From the NCBI GenBank assembly GCA_030704615.1, contig CM060734.1, positions 13,950,001-14,014,000 of the forward strand: a stretch of DNA of 64,000 bases. The letters run 5' to 3'. Of the stretch, positions 12,975 to 27,099 are shown piece by piece. This DNA is from Takakia lepidozioides (lineage: Eukaryota > Plantae > Bryophyta). The position numbers and the translations under genes were made by a program. Each line of letters begins with the position of its first letter. Position 1 is the first letter of the stretch. The notes under the pieces are model-generated. The model searched no databases. It had not been told where the DNA came from and was given only the letters and a program-made list of their open reading frames with translations.

Positions 12975-13148
12975 ATATATCGCAGGGCCAGTTTACAGTG
13001 AACGCAGACAAAGGATTAGGAGGCAGATGAAGCAAACAAGCACAAGAAGAGAATTAGAAAGAGCCCCCATAGGCACGCTGGTAGACATTCTCAGCGCCTT
13101 AATCGGGGATTGTAAGTGCTTGAAGCGAGTAGCTCACGAGGGAGAGGC

Positions 13149-14229
13149 ATGGTGAACGAATCAGAGATGGAGAGGTGGGAAGGAGACATGTGGGTGTGTG
13201 GGCATTGGACATTCCTGCCCGAGCGGCCCGCCATGAATTTCGAGCATGCACCCAGGCTGCAGGATTCTGGTGACTCTGAGCAGACCGTGACAACCTTGCT
13301 TGTTGAAGGAGATGCTACTTACTCTACGTCTGCGGCGTCACCCCAGCTTAGAGATTCTGGCATTGGTCTGGATGATTCTGAGAAAATCCTGACACCAGTG
13401 CTTGTTGAAGGAGATGAGAGCTACTGTCCTTCTGTGCGGACACCGCGACCGCCACATTCTGGCATTGGTGTGGATGATTCTGAGCACATCCGGGCAACAG
13501 TGTTCGTTGAAGGAGATGAGAATCACTGTCCTGTGCAGGCACCCCGGCTGAAAGATTCTGGCGGCCTGGGTGAGCAGGTCTTGGCAACAGCATTTATTGG
13601 AGGAGACGACTGTCCTTTCGAAGAATTTTCAGGCGTTTTCTGTGAATCACGCAGCCCTCTGCCTAACTGGTATCCCAGAAAGCCCTTGCAAGACATTACA
13701 GATATTCTGAATTCTGGCCTGGTAAGATTATTTCCTCAATTCACCTTCATGAATGTCTTTTAAATTGAGCCCTTGCAACGATCTTCAAATTCAGAAGAGA
13801 TTTGATGAAGCCTCCTCGTGGGTCACATTCTGCCCGGATTAAATTCATTCCTTGAGGTTGTTGCTAAAGCCCCAACACATTGTGCTCAGAATGGAACTAC
13901 AATGTGGCTGTGATCAAATCAGTTCCAATGGCAACGGATCGGTTAGAAAAGGAGGTTTAAAGATGGGTATGTGAATGGAGTGGGAAACAGATAGAGAGTG
14001 AATCTATCATATGACTGTGCTGACGATGTCCTATGCTGAACAGATTCGGCGACAAGCTGACAAGAAGAAAGGAGGCCCCAAGGCATTTACGGCTGGGTCT
14101 ATTTCAGTATTTCCTCTTACTGTTGTCAACGACATCTTCCCTTCCAGGAAGAAGGACGCACGAATGCCAGTCCAAACCTCAAGTGCTGCGTGGAAGCGAA
14201 GTACGAGCCTCCGGAAAGGGTTCCGATGA
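13149..14229 (+). CDS. UVI4/POLYCHOME-OSD1/GIG1-like putative APC/C regulator; exons 13149-13721 and 14044-14229
   Basis: SPLPNWYPRKPLQDIT matches the family motif LPSWYPRTPLRDIT, which includes a D-box. Phase-0 intron CTG|GTAAGA...CAG|ATT. Basic C-terminal tail SLRKGFR*. MSA elements upstream. Confidence 0.7.
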
Positions 14230-14938
14230 AACCAATCATCTCATTGGCGTCATGTCCCCTTTTCTCGATTCCTTTTGACGATTCCGATGGATGGGTTCCC
14301 TTCCCCTTGTTACATTTGAAGGGTTTTATTGATCTGGCTTGAGGCTTAAACCACTGGTTTTACAACAACAGGCTTCAGATGCCATGCGATGGGTTGTTTA
14401 GATTTGATGAAACGTTAGGTGACTGACCCTCTTTTCCACTTTTAAGCACGTTTGCCCTCTGCTTCGAGGCTCTTGCCACTTGTGCTTTTTTATTTTTCGT
14501 CATCCGACGGATTCAACATTACAAGATGTCGATCTTCCTTATCCGTTAAAGGCACATCTATCTATATGGAGCTGTATTTCAGGGAGCACCAAAGAATATC
14601 TCCAGCACTTGCCTGTGGTAAAGATTGAGTGATGAAAACTTAGGCCTGCAACAAATATTTTCCATATGTGAAAGTTGAGATGTGTGCTGTCTCATTATGT
14701 ACAGACAGTCAGACGAGTGAAGCTAATAGAAGATTTATCTTTGAACTCTGTTCTCCTTGAGATATGTGATTGGAAGGAACATCAGAGAATGACCACAGGA
14801 AGGGGATGGTTGATTTGTTTTGAAGAGAGGCAATGCACTTGCTTTCATTACAATGGTGGGATTCAGAGGTTGCCTACCCGGCTAGTTGAATAGTTCACAA
14901 AGGGTTCTTTCCAGTGTTGTGTGGGTCCGGGTCCTGAC

Positions 14939-16236
14939 CAGTGTTGGACTGGTATCATAAACATTTCATACCAGCCAGGGTCTGGTAGAGGCCTCGTTCA
15001 TACCTGGCAGGTAATGGTATCAAAGTAGATATCAAATTTTTAATGTACCAGTCTGGCATGCATATTGTTTTTTTTTGGCCTGGTATGGTATGGTATCAGT
15101 ATTGCAATTTTCAAAACTTATACTGGGGGTATATCAAGACTGGTATCAAATACAGCTCCATGGTAGAAATTCTCCATGGCAGGTTTAAAATTGGGCAGAT
15201 TTCTGAATGGCAAAATTAGAGCACTCTACTCTTCTTCAAACAAGCCAGCCTCCCCCAGCTCATCTTCACACTCCTCTAGCAGCTCAGTTTCTGCAGAATA
15301 ATATTCTGAAACTGATTGCTTAGCTTGTGGGCAACCCATACGTGCATCACTTGGCCAATTCTTGTAAATCATAATTAGAGCATCCAAATTTCTGACCCCT
15401 AATCTGCAGCGACGTAAACTAGTGAGGACTCCTGCCACTGAAAAATATGTTTAGTCTCGATCTGGTTGTTGGGGATGGCTAAAATTTGCTTGGCCAAGAA
15501 TGACACATTGGGGAACCTTGAAGCATTTGCTTTCCACCATTGCAAAGGAGAAGTTGTTTCCTCCTCCTTCATAACAAGTCGTCGAAAAAGGGACAACTCG
15601 GACCGCAGCAAATACTCGCTTGCATCCTCTGTGCTGATTGGAGTATCAAATCAGCATGTGCATCTTGCGATGGGCCTGCTACAGTTGGTACACTTGGATT
15701 CAAAAACTTACAAGCTTTCACAAGCAAAGGAATTACAACCTTATTGTCATACTCTTGAACAACAATTTTGACTCTATCCCTCCCAATGAACTCATTCACA
15801 CACTGTAATCCCTTGAAGCGTGGGTCAAGCATAAGGGCAACCACGTTGTGAAACTTATCAGCTTGAAACAACAAATGTAAGAAAAGGCTTCAGTACATTC
15901 ACAGCCTCCTGAGCCATTCTACAAGATAAGATCTCAAGTTCTGAATCCGAGTCTCCACAACGTAATTATGGGAGAGCCCCTGACGTCAGTTGGCCTCACC
16001 TGCTAATTTAGTGGAGATCATAATAGCTGCATGCAAAGCATCGCACAATAACCATTACCCACGGGTCTGGTTTAGAGCACATTGAGTTATAAGGGGATTT
16101 AAGGTCTTCATCACAGCACGAGCTATGGCCCAAGTTAGGCCAGAAGGCACCCGGGCCTGTAGCAACAAACTCTGCCTGCCATAGCAAACGTTAATCGCAT
16201 TTGCGTAAGCCAATGTTTCCCATAATAGCACAACTT
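14939..16236 (-). mobile_element. Second hAT element: right end and transposase C-terminus, interrupted by Copia
   Basis: TIR CAGTGTTGGACTGGTAT at 14939. MLDPRFKGLQC, WWKANASRFPNVSFLAKQILAIP and LFEEE* (stop at 15226) are homologous to 11200-11909. Confidence 0.85.
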
Positions 16237-16550
16237 TGTGAAGGAATACATCTATAATTCTCTGTCAGTGTATAGTGTAGGATGTACTAGATTATAGATT
16301 AAGGATGTGCAGTTACATCCAAGTCTTACATCTGAAGTGGTTGGGTGGTTGAAGTCACCAAGGGGTGTGTGGAACGGTACAGAGCTCAATAGTTGAGTAG
16401 ATGTAGAACCACCAGACTCAACCGAGACACAGAGAGTGCAGATCTCTATTGTGAACATTTTCTCTCTTGATGTAAGATCTATTTAATCTAGTTCTATGTT
16501 TTACACGATTCTGTGTGTCATTGACTTTGGATAGAATAGGTGTTTTCACA
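16237..16550 (+). repeat. 5' LTR of Ty1/Copia element (314 bp)
   Basis: TGTGAA...TTCACA termini, immediately followed by PBS TGGTATCAGAGC (tRNA-iMet) at 16551. Confidence 0.85.
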
Positions 16551-16808
16551 TGGTATCAGAGCCATGGTTGTGGCTCGGGACAGAGTGTATCACTAATGAG
16601 AACAAAGTAATAATTTTAGGACACACAATGAAATTAGAAGGAGTCGATAGAGTTTGGAGAAGAGAACTAACAATTCTCCACGATGCATCAGCGTGAAAGA
16701 ATTCTGTTTCTTATAGAAGAACAGATGTACTGAGATGGACTGAGATGGCATGAATTCAGCGATGTTTATGCTTTCTTGGAAAGTGATAATTGAAATTGAG
16801 CGACTGGA

Positions 16809-17696
16809 ATGGCTCAAAGAGTAGATGTGAGCAATATTCCTAAGTTTGACGGCACATACTTCCATGTGTGGAAGCATAGAGTAACACTACTGTTCAAAGC
16901 TGAAAAATTATGGGCTCTAGTTGTAGGGACAGAGGTAAAACCAGTAGCTCCCACAGCAGCACAGATTGCTACTGAGCACCAAGCGCTTCCAGCCACAGGT
17001 GTTGGGAGTATAGTGAACTGGGAAGAGAGAGATGCTCTCTCACTCACCATAATTAACAACTGCTTGGACTATAGTGTAGTGTCCCATTTATAGTCGTGTA
17101 TATCAGCTTTTGAAGGATACCGAGAGTTGACAAGGTTATATGAATCAAAGGATGTAGTAACCAAAATGTACCTTAGAGACGAAATTCAAACTTTAAAAAT
17201 GAAAGAGAATGAAAATGTCACTAAGCATATGCATGTCTTCAGATCTTTGCTAGAACAGCTTTCTGCTGCTGGTTCCCTGTGTCAGACGAGGATGTTGTCT
17301 TATCCCTAATGAGGAGCATGCCGATGAGTTATCGGACATTTATAGGTTTTTTTAGGAGAGAGCCGAATATAAATCTACAGTCTTTAATTACAGACTTAAT
17401 TCAAGAGGAAACTTCAATGATGAATCTTGGACCTACTACAGATTCAAAAACTGCATTCTATTCTGGACAAAAGTCTACATATACTAGTTTCAATAGGAAG
17501 AAGCAAAGTGAGGACAAAAGTAGTGTGAAAAAAACCATAACTTCCTCCTGAACTACAGCAAATCCATCGTCATTCGCACTTGCAGTGAAGGGCAGAGTCT
17601 GGTCGTTGGAATGAAAACGAGCGATGGAGTCCCCAAAGGACGACATGGTCATGCAGCAGGCAAGTGACACCAAAGAGTACAAGGATGTTGAAGAAT
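16809..17696 (+). pseudogene. Copia gag (DUF4219/UBN2-like), truncated and deleted
   Basis: IPKFDGTYFHVWKHRV...LWALVVGTEVKP; LKMKENENVTKH; LMRSMPMSY. One stop and a frameshift; pol mostly absent. Confidence 0.8.
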
Positions 17697-20170
17697 AGAG
17701 CATGCTGATATGCACTCCTTAAGCACCCCCACTTGAATGGATTCTAGAGACTTAGCCTAGTTGGAGTTATCAACCCATATTGCAGATGCGTACTCCAAGG
17801 CAGGTCTAATAACGCGACAAAGCATGTTCTCTTGACCTCAGAGTTGATCCCTCTGCAGTGGAAAAATTTAGTGAAACCCAGCCCTTTGTGCTTGCCAGTT
17901 TGAACAACTTTCTGAATATGTGCATCCCTATTATAGGTGGAGGGAAACTCAACACTGAGGTATGTGTAGGAAGGGCGGACTGGAATATCTTGGCTTCCCC
18001 ACTGTCACTTGAGATCACCTCGTCCCTCTCCTCGATTATTGAATGCCAGGTTGATGCACATTTACTGACATTAGCCTTTAGCCCCCAAAGGTGAAAGTAT
18101 CTCTTCGCGCAATTAAGCAATTCCTGGAGATTGGAAGGAGTCTCCCCTATGCCTGCGAAGTCATCCGCAAACATAAGGGCTGATATGGTGGCATCACTCA
18201 CCCTTGACCCAAATCCCTCACTTTCCACATCCTCAAGGAGTTGATTGATGAAAACATTGAAGAGCATAGGGGAGAGGGTACATCCTTGAGCTACACCTTG
18301 GTCTCTGTCAAAGAAGTTAGACTTATATTGTCCATTAACAGTGACACAACTTTTGGTGTGAGCATACAAGTTATGGACAACTCTCCATATCTTTCCCTTG
18401 GTCCCACATGACCAGAGTCGGAGCCATAGACCGTCTCCACACTTTGTCATAAGCCTTTTTGACATCCAAGAAAAAACAAAAGTGGGTTCCCTTTTTCTTT
18501 CCTTCCCTGGATGCTTAGATTGAAGATATGATCCACACAGCCCATGTTTTGTCGAATGCCAGCTTCGCCTTCGTGGAAACAACGTCCTTGAGATTCCAGA
18601 TCAACCTCGAGACGAGTACTTATAACTCTACAAAATATCTTACCAACTGCATTGAGGAGCGTGATGCCTCGGTAGTTCCCCAGTTCTTCTTTGTCACCCT
18701 TCTTGTATAGATTGAGATTGACAATGCCCCCCTGTCGCCAGCAAAAGGGGATCATTTCAGTCCTCTAGATAAGGTGAAAGAGAAGTACAAAGGCCTCTAT
18801 CATGCGATCGCCACCGTGCTTGCTAAACTCGTTGACAATGCCATCAGGTCCACCAGCTTTATCTCCGTTTAAATGCTCAATTGCTTCCACAATCCCAGAA
18901 GAATTAATGGGAGTGTTGTGGGCCTTTGAAATATACTCCAATTCATCAAGGTTGTCTTGAGTCATACGAACAGTTTTTCCAACCGTGTCATTCCATTTTT
19001 CAGCGGACCCCTCACTGTCAGACCTAAATTCTGCCAAGGGTACTGTAGTGAGTTTCAAAGGTTTTGACAATGTCAACCGTTGAAGTCACCACTGCACCTT
19101 TAGTAGTCCTCAGCGCTTGTACTTGCTGACAGTTTTTTGGCTTGTACAAACTTTGAAGGGCCAACCAAAATCTCTTGTCATTACCACCATGGTGGTTTGA
19201 GTTTATTTCAATGTATAGCTTGTCCCAATATGGTTTCTTCTGAGATCTTACAAGCTGATTGATATCTTTGCAGATTTGGTAGTACTCGGTCCACAATTCT
19301 TTGTTGGTTTTCAAATTGCAACACTCTTTATAGAGGACTCATCTCTCAGCTATCTTGAGTTTAATCTCATTCGTCCACCAATTAATAGCTCTACCGCAGA
19401 CAATTAGTTTCCTCCCAATGATCTTGTCAGCCACGAAGGAAACAAAACTCTCCCAAGAATCCACTACTCTTTCGACTTCATTTCTGGCATTGGCATTGCC
19501 AGAGCGAGACTGAAGGTCTTGGAGCAATTGGACAAAATGAGGGAGAGCCTCTTGCAAAGCTTGGACATACTCAACCCCGACCTCTTCATTTTGGAATTTT
19601 TCTATGCACCACTTCCGAACGTTTCACATATCTCTTGGTGTTGGGAAAACACCTTTTGATCTCAATCCAAACCAAGAAGTGGTCAGAGGTGCCAATATCA
19701 GTTCTATCGATCAATACACTGGCACCTTGGGGAAACAAATTTTTGTCCCTTATGATATAATCCACAATGGAACGTTCCCCAGTTTGGGCTTTCTCACGAG
19801 TCCACTGCACTTGGTCTCCTTTTGACCTATCATTCAAGGTCAAAAGCTGAAGTTCTTCCAAACAGTTTATTAACCGTCTACCATTAGAATTCAGTTCGTC
19901 CTCACCAAAAGGCCCAATGGTATCATCCTGATGGAGACCTTTGTCCACCCAAGCATTGTAGTCACCCAATAAACTACCTGACCTTTGGTGAGGAACTTAG
20001 CACAATCCAGCTTTACATCTTCGAAGGCTTTGTCTGCGTCAGCGCTAAGGGTCCCCTTTGTGGGCATGTAAACCTTTGTATTTACGCCACCCTTCAGTTT
20101 CAGTTTTAGCCTTGAATACTATGCTCATACCGCAAAACCCTGGTTGATAATTTCACAATTGTCACACAAG
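17697..20170 (-). mobile_element. LINE ORF2 (APE endonuclease + reverse transcriptase), frameshifted
   Basis: GDYNA, SIVDYII, SDHFLVW (endonuclease); KAGGPDGI, YRGITLLN, GVAQGCTLSPMLF, FADD (RT). Confidence 0.9.
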
Positions 20171-20239
20171 AAATCACGGACAAAGAACAAATTGGATCTT
20201 CGCTTGGCGAGAAAGAGATATATGATATAGGAGGGCAAT

Positions 20240-21080
20240 TGAACAGTACACTATTTCAAAAACTAAAGGAGCACAAAAATCGGAGGGAATGGAGAGTTTT
20301 GCTTGACAAATATCATGTGCTTGGAGCACAAAGAAGACAATCCACTGGCTCCTTTGTCACCCCAGACACAACTGTCTTTGTCATTAAGGACAAATGGGAC
20401 ATGATAGTGAAACACAAGGTCAGTACTTCAACCACGTTCATGACCCTCTCTGAGTCTTCCGAGGAGGACGTTTTTTATATTCCAGCTCCGCTCCAAGCTC
20501 GTGTTTTGGAAAACCTTGATATGCAGGAGATCACAAGTGTCATTGCTAAGTTGAAAGTATTGGGAGGGGTCCTAGGGTGCAAGAGTGAAATACATGGTAT
20601 TGTGTGGGAATCTCTTCCGGTGCAACGGGTTCAACTCCTACTGGTTGCATTCGACGGTGACATCCTCTTTGAGCTAAACCCTCCCACATCTTCCGGTGGC
20701 CTTGCTGGTCTTCTTCAAGGTATGGACAAGAAGCATGATGGGCATCCCTGGTGCAGAACAAAAACTTCCAACATCCACAATGATGTTGACTTGAAATTTT
20801 GGAGAACAATTTGCATTGGCCATTGCTAGTGCTTGCATACAACTTGCTCGCATTTGAGGAATAATAATGTTCCAAATGAGAGTGAGTGGGAAGCTGTCTT
20901 TGACAATCCATTCAAATCTGGACAAGCCCCGAGCCAACAAACAATACATTTGTCTGTAAGTTCTGCAAACTTGTCCCATCTTGCATTGCAGTCTGTCATG
21001 CTCGGATGAACTATGTCACTCGCTGTTGCAAGACAATGACCCGCGCATATATACATTCCGGATCTCATGAGCATCCAATA
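20240..21080 (+). pseudogene. MULE transposase N-terminal Cys/His-rich domain fragment (related family)
   Basis: FDGDILFEL..GMDKKHDGHPWCRTKTS..C.G...C..NESEW..CKFC..C...IHSGSHEHP parallels elements A and B. Confidence 0.75.
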
Positions 21081-21254
21081 TTGAAGGGCAATTGCTGAGA
21101 CAACATTGAAATTACCCGGGGACTGGTAGGGCGGGAACACCGACCATGAGCGGGAACCCATGGGGAGGAATATTCCAAAAATATTCCTGATTTCTGGGAG
21201 CGCATTGGGAACATTTGGGAACTCAATGGGAACATTGGGAACCATGGTGGCATG

Positions 21255-21372
21255 GGGGTTTACTATTTCATGAGCGGCATGAGCGGAAAAGTAAAACAAT
21301 CGGTTTTCATGAGCAGAAACGGAAAAATTTGGAAATTCGGCAAGCCTAAAAAATATTTAAAACATATTTTTA
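21255..21372 (-). mobile_element. Isolated MULE right terminus (reverse orientation)
   Basis: GGGGTTTACTATTTCATGAGCGGCATGAGCGG..CAATCGGTTTTCATGAGCAG is the reverse complement of the ends at 4910-4973 and 51300-51374. Confidence 0.85.
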
Positions 21373-24300
21373 ATGGAATGCAAGTCAAAACGTCAATTCA
21401 ACCAATCTAGGCGGGGTTGTCAGAAATGTGGACACCCGCGTCGCACCACCGAAGATTGTTGGAGTGATATGGTATGTTTGCATTGTGGCCTAAGGGGTCA
21501 CCCATTGGATAGATGTCCCCGTAGACAAGTAGATCGGCCGGCCCCGGCCACCATTCAGTAGGTAGAGAGGAATTTTGAAGGGCAACGAGCGCCCTTTCCT
21601 GATCAATATATGACTGAACCACCCAACCCTCTACCACAACAGCATAACATGTAAATTTTGCTACCCCAACGCATATAGCACATCAACCTAGGCCAGATCA
21701 GGCAGGTCCACCATACTGGCAATGTCGCTCAGGGACAGACTGCCCGAGCAGCCTATTCAAATCCTGCGGCTCAGATAGCCCAGGGTTCTTCTAATATGTG
21801 GTCTCCCCCTCAGGATGTAAGGGTGCAGGGAGGACACCAGGCATCCACTTTAGCGCCACCTCAGCAGCAGCAGACCAACGTCCAACCAAGCCAGGCGATG
21901 CGCCAACCGGAGACGCAACACAAAGTAAATTGGATTGTGAGTGAGCCAGGAGCCACTCCAACCACGTCAGCTAGCCCCGAGAAAGGTATCTACGCCGTGA
22001 TGACTCAACAGCAACGAGATACGCTAAGGAAAGGCCCTGGGTATGTGGCGTCGGAGTCATCCATGTCCACATCAGAGCAGGAGGATCTAAACTTCACTGT
22101 AATGAAGTCAGATGCACGAAAGGTGGCGGAGACTGTGCTTCGGGAAGAGGAGGACATTCACCCCAAAGAAAAGGAGGTAGCATTCGCGGAGACAAAACCT
22201 CCAATAGTCCGACCAACCCTTTCCCGACCACCTGTAGCAAGAGCGAAAAGTCCGGCAAATCGGCTGGCGGCACCAGAAAAGTTTCCCCGGAGGAGAATGA
22301 ATTCAACAATGCGGTTCACAGATGAATGGGAGCCGTACAACCTAATGGAGGATCTTCGCCATATTCAGGCAAACATTACGTTTGCTCAGCTCATAGCCAT
22401 GGCGCCCACCGTTCGCCACGCTCTCAAGTCATTTTTGGTGAGGAAGCGGGTAAGCACTTCTGCTCAAGCCCACCACATTAATGCCCACATCGACCCAGGA
22501 CCGGTGGAGATAGAAGTGGAAATTGCTGACCAATTAATACGGCGCTCTTTAGTGGATGATGGGAGCTCAGTCAACATCATGCCACTCTCCACCCTATCCA
22601 AACTCGGTTTGAATATGACAGGGGTATTCCTTCTGACAATCAGGCTAGCTGACCAGCGGAAGATCCGACCAGTAGGTCACATAGCAAAGATGAAGACATG
22701 AGGCTATACGTACGCGGTAGACTTCCAAATCATAGACTTTCCCATCGACGAATATTCGTACGCACTCCTATTAAGGAGGCCATGGTTGGTCCAGTCCAGG
22801 GCATGAACGGACTGGGGGGCAAGCACCATTACTTATGGGGTAAGACCTTACATCACCACTATTGCATTTCTTTCGGGAGCACCTCATGAAGAGACAGATG
22901 AGGATGAGCTCAACATGATTGGCTCTGAAGAGGAGTCTGCAGACTTGAGTGAGGAGGATTTGTGGTCAGAGGGGGAGCTCCTCCCAACCTCGCACGCTCA
23001 CCGAGTTTTGACAACATCTACCGCTCCTCATAGGGAGGTTAAGCAAAGAAAAGTAGGACTAGAAGACGAAGTCAAGTCTCTAGGACCGGGATTATATGAA
23101 CGCGAGTCTGATACAGACTGCATCGCCTGGTTGTTCGGAGAAAACCAAGGTAGGGAAGTGATGGTACACTCGGTATCAACCGAGGCATTTCCAGAGTTCG
23201 AGTTATTGACCGAGCTTTTTTCTATCTCCGTTGAACAGGTTGGTCTGCAGGAACAGGAGGTTCCTCAGGAGGAAAGCGGCGAGATTCTGGATATGAGAAT
23301 TGTAGAGGAGGCCGACCTAGAAAGGGATGTCATGAAACATAGCGCCCCCTATATTCCTTATTTGCAGCAGGGATCAAACGGATCTCGGTTTGAACCGGGG
23401 TCGTCTTTCACGTCGGAACCAACAACGCAGTTGGTCGACATGGTGGTTGGAAGAGAATCACCAAAGATGGTGAAGGTGGGAGCCCACTTGACATCAGAGC
23501 AGGCTTTGGAGTATCAGGCACTGTTCAAGGAATTTCGGGACATCTTTGCATGGTCCTACATAAGAAGGGTGAATCCCAACCTTGCACTACTCATCAAGAT
23601 AGAAATTGAAAAGCTGCTAGCTGCAGAATTCAATTTTCCGGTGGAAACGTCGACATGGGTATCTCCGATGGTAATTGTTCGGAAGAAGAATGGAGGACTA
23701 AGGGTATGCGTGGACTTCCGCCCCCTTAACAAGGTAACACACAAGGATCATTTTCCCTTGCCATTCATAGATACATTGGTGGAAGAAGTAGCAGGGAAGG
23801 AGCTCTACTCTTTCATGGATGGGTTTTCAGGGTACAATCAGATGTTGATTGACCCGAAGGATGTGTTGAAGACCACATTTACTTCACCATGGGGAACATT
23901 TGCCTACACAAGGATGCCCTTTGGCTTGTGCAACGCACCCCTGACATTTCAGAGGGTCAGGACGTACGCCTTCTCAGACATCATGAGAAGGAATTTAGTC
24001 ATCTTTTTAGATGACTTTTGTTGCAATGGGGATGCAAAGGATCACGTTGCAGCATTACGAGAATGTTTCATCAAGTGCAGAGACAACGGAATATCGCTCA
24101 ACCCGATGAAATGCGTGTTTGTAGTCACACATGGACTGCTATTGGGACACATAGTGTCCAGAGACGGCGTGGCGACAGACCCAGCAAAAGTGAGCACCAT
24201 AGTCGAGCTTCCCGCACCAGAGACATCCTCTAAGGTGAAGGGATTCCTTGGCCACACAGGGTGGTATAGGAAATTTATGGACAAGTATGCAGCAGAGGCC

Positions 24301-25633
24301 TTACCTCTAACTAGATTACTTAAGAAGAACCAGGTATTTTCCTGGGACACAGGATGTCAAAAGTCATTTGAAACGCTCAAGCAACACTTGGTGTCTGCCC
24401 CAGTTTTGGCAGCTCCGGATTGGAACAGGCCTGTCCATGTTTACGTTGATGCTTCAGCGGCGGCAGTAGGCTATTCCCTTTGCCAACCAGATACTGATGG
24501 CCATGATCATCCGATATCTTCCGCCAATCGGCAGTTGACATTCGCCGAGACTAGGTATAGCACCATAGAGCATGAGGATCTGGGAATGATTTTTGCCGTG
24601 AAGAAATATCGGTATTATTTATTGGAGACACCTTTCACATTTTTTGTTGATCACATGGCACTACGATACTTGATCAACAAGCCTGATTTGACGGGAAGAA
24701 TAGCCAGGAGGGTTATTCTTCTTCAGGAATTCGATTACAAGGTAGTCTACAAGCCGGGAAGACTTAATGCTCGGGCCGATCACCTTTCCCGATTGTCGGA
24801 GAATAACAGACTCGGAATGCCGTTAGTTCCCATCCTCCCTCTTGCTCCGTTTGAGAAGTGGGGGGTCGACTATGTGGGAGAAGTGCACCTCGACAAAATC
24901 GCTACATCATCGTAGCCACTAAGTACCTGACCAAGTGGGCAGAAGCCAAGGCGGTTAAGAGGGCCAACGCACAGGTAACCGCCTCTTTCATTTATGAATA
25001 TATTATTTCCCGATTTGGATGCCCCAAGGAAATAGTAAGTGACAGGGGGTTTCACTTCATCAACGACGTCATCGAGGAAATGATGGCGGCATTTTCCATC
25101 AAACATCGCAAAGTGACCCCTTATCATCCACAAACAAGCGGGATTGGGACACCAAGTTGATTTCGGCCTTGTGGGCATTTTGCACAACCCATAAGGTAAC
25201 TACTCGACGTACCCCCTTTTCATTGGTTTATGGGGTAGAGTCCATCATGCCAATCGAGACAGAAATTCCATCTTTACGACTGGCCATCACCGAACGGCTG
25301 GCGACATCCGAGTCATTGAAGGAACGACTTGAGATGTTGGAATGATTGGATGAACTCCAGCAAGCAGCAGCTCAACACATTGAAGCAGTGCAACGACGAA
25401 GGAAAGCTCGCTTCGACCTGAAGCGCAAAAAGAGAATCTTTGACCTAGGAGATCTAGTGTTATTATTCGCCAGTCGAAACGAGGAGTTTAAGGCTAAATT
25501 CAACTCGTACTGGATGGGGCCCTATCTCGTCAAGACCGTCTTCGACAACGGCTCATTACAATTGGAGACACTGAGGGGAGTGGAGTTCCCCAATCTGGTG
25601 AACGGTGTCCGGTGCAAGCACTACTACATGTGA
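21373..25633 (+). mobile_element. Ty3/Gypsy internal region (gag knuckles, protease, RT, RNase H, integrase), degenerate
   Basis: CLHCGLRGHPLDRC; LVDDGSSVNIM; WVSPMVIV..LRVCVDFR..FMDGFSGYNQM..RMPFGLCNAP..FLDD; VYVDAS; KWGVDYVG; SDRGFHF; WMGPY. Integrase Zn-finger region deleted. Confidence 0.92.
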
Positions 25634-26334
25634 GTTTCCATTAACCAATGAAACATATCTCCCCCCATTAAGGGAGAGATCTATAGGATTTCGTCCCGAT
25701 TTGTCGGAAGGAAGTGTTGGTATTTCCTATCCACTGACTCGAAAACCAGCATGTAGCCTAGAATGTGGTGATTTCACAAGCCTTTCCTATTCTGTACCTT
25801 TCCAGCAGCACTGACTTTGCCTAGAATGAGTGTTGTGTTCTTATTCGTACCCTTGGGAGAAACGGCTTCAAACAAAAAGCTGGCTCGAATTCTGATAAAT
25901 TTCCTTGAACAAGGATCTTTCCCTGGTCTCTACGTCCCATTACAAGAGCTTGTTGAAAAGCTAAGAGGTAAAGTACTGGAAAATTCCTGACCCTATGCCT
26001 GTCCAGTTTTGATCATGTTATATTGCGGCGGCTTGCCAATGTTCACTCTTGACCTGGGGAGCAGAGGATGTAGGTTTTTATCCCTTTGGTACTGCAATCC
26101 AAGGGTAGAACTACAAAGTAGAGGGAGAAACCTTATGAGAATGGGTCTGGTATGCACTCCCTTACGGGGTGAGTGCATACCACACTCACTCCATAAGGGA
26201 CTGCCATGCCAGGGGTTGGATGGTGGGTGCCCTCTCTCTCCCTCTCTCTCCCTCTCTCCATAATCTATTGGGATTGTTTTGCAGCCATTGCTTCTATGGT
26301 ACTAGTATATGTGATATCATCCTTTTTTTTTAAA

Positions 26335-26577
26335 TTGTTTTCATCCATACCGGATGAAACCCTAATGGATGATATCCTATTTTTTCTAGGGATTTTTTAT
26401 TTCTCACATTTTTGGTGTGGTTTATGGTGTGGTTTATGGTCTTGGGGTTTGAGCCCTAACCCTAACGAAAGACCTATTTTTTCTTACCTACCGGATTTCA
26501 CCCGCCGATGGATGCTATCGTTAACGGAGGTCCTACATTTCATCCGCCATGGATGAAATATCGGGAATTCTAACCTA
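26335..26577. repeat. GGATGA/TCATCC-rich DNA-transposon end relic
   Basis: Repeated TCATCC..GGATGA motifs ending in GGGAATTCTAACC; no partner end found. Confidence 0.35.
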
Positions 26578-27099
26578 ATCGTGTCTGACTACCCTAATGA
26601 GCACAAGACTTGTGTTTTTTTTTGTCTCTGACATTACGCTATGGCGGTTGTGTGCTCCTGCTACCCTGTTGCTGCATGGTACTCGTGTTGGTCTTTTGGG
26701 ATGCGTGACGATGGACCTTCAACTCCCCTGCTAGCAATCAACATGTTGTGATTGCTTTGCAAAATCTTTCAACGATCCTTTAAGGATGCAGCGGCGCCAT
26801 AACTCTGAGTTCAGGAAGTTCTCTTCTCCTCTTAAGATGCAATTTGTCTTGAGCTCTCATCTTTTGCTGTGAAATCTCTTGAAAGCGGATTGCTGGACGC
26901 CATGTCGCAGAGCTCGATTCCACAAACGCTCAAGGTCCTTTTGTGGATTTACTTCTGCTTGATTTGGGATCTTTGCATGCTTTAGGATTCATATCTGACA
27001 TCGATAGTAAGTGTGAAGAACCGTTATGCACCTCGAGCTTCCTCACGAACACTCACTTGATGTTTGTTTTGGGACGGGCGACAGGTGAGGATCTTCACT

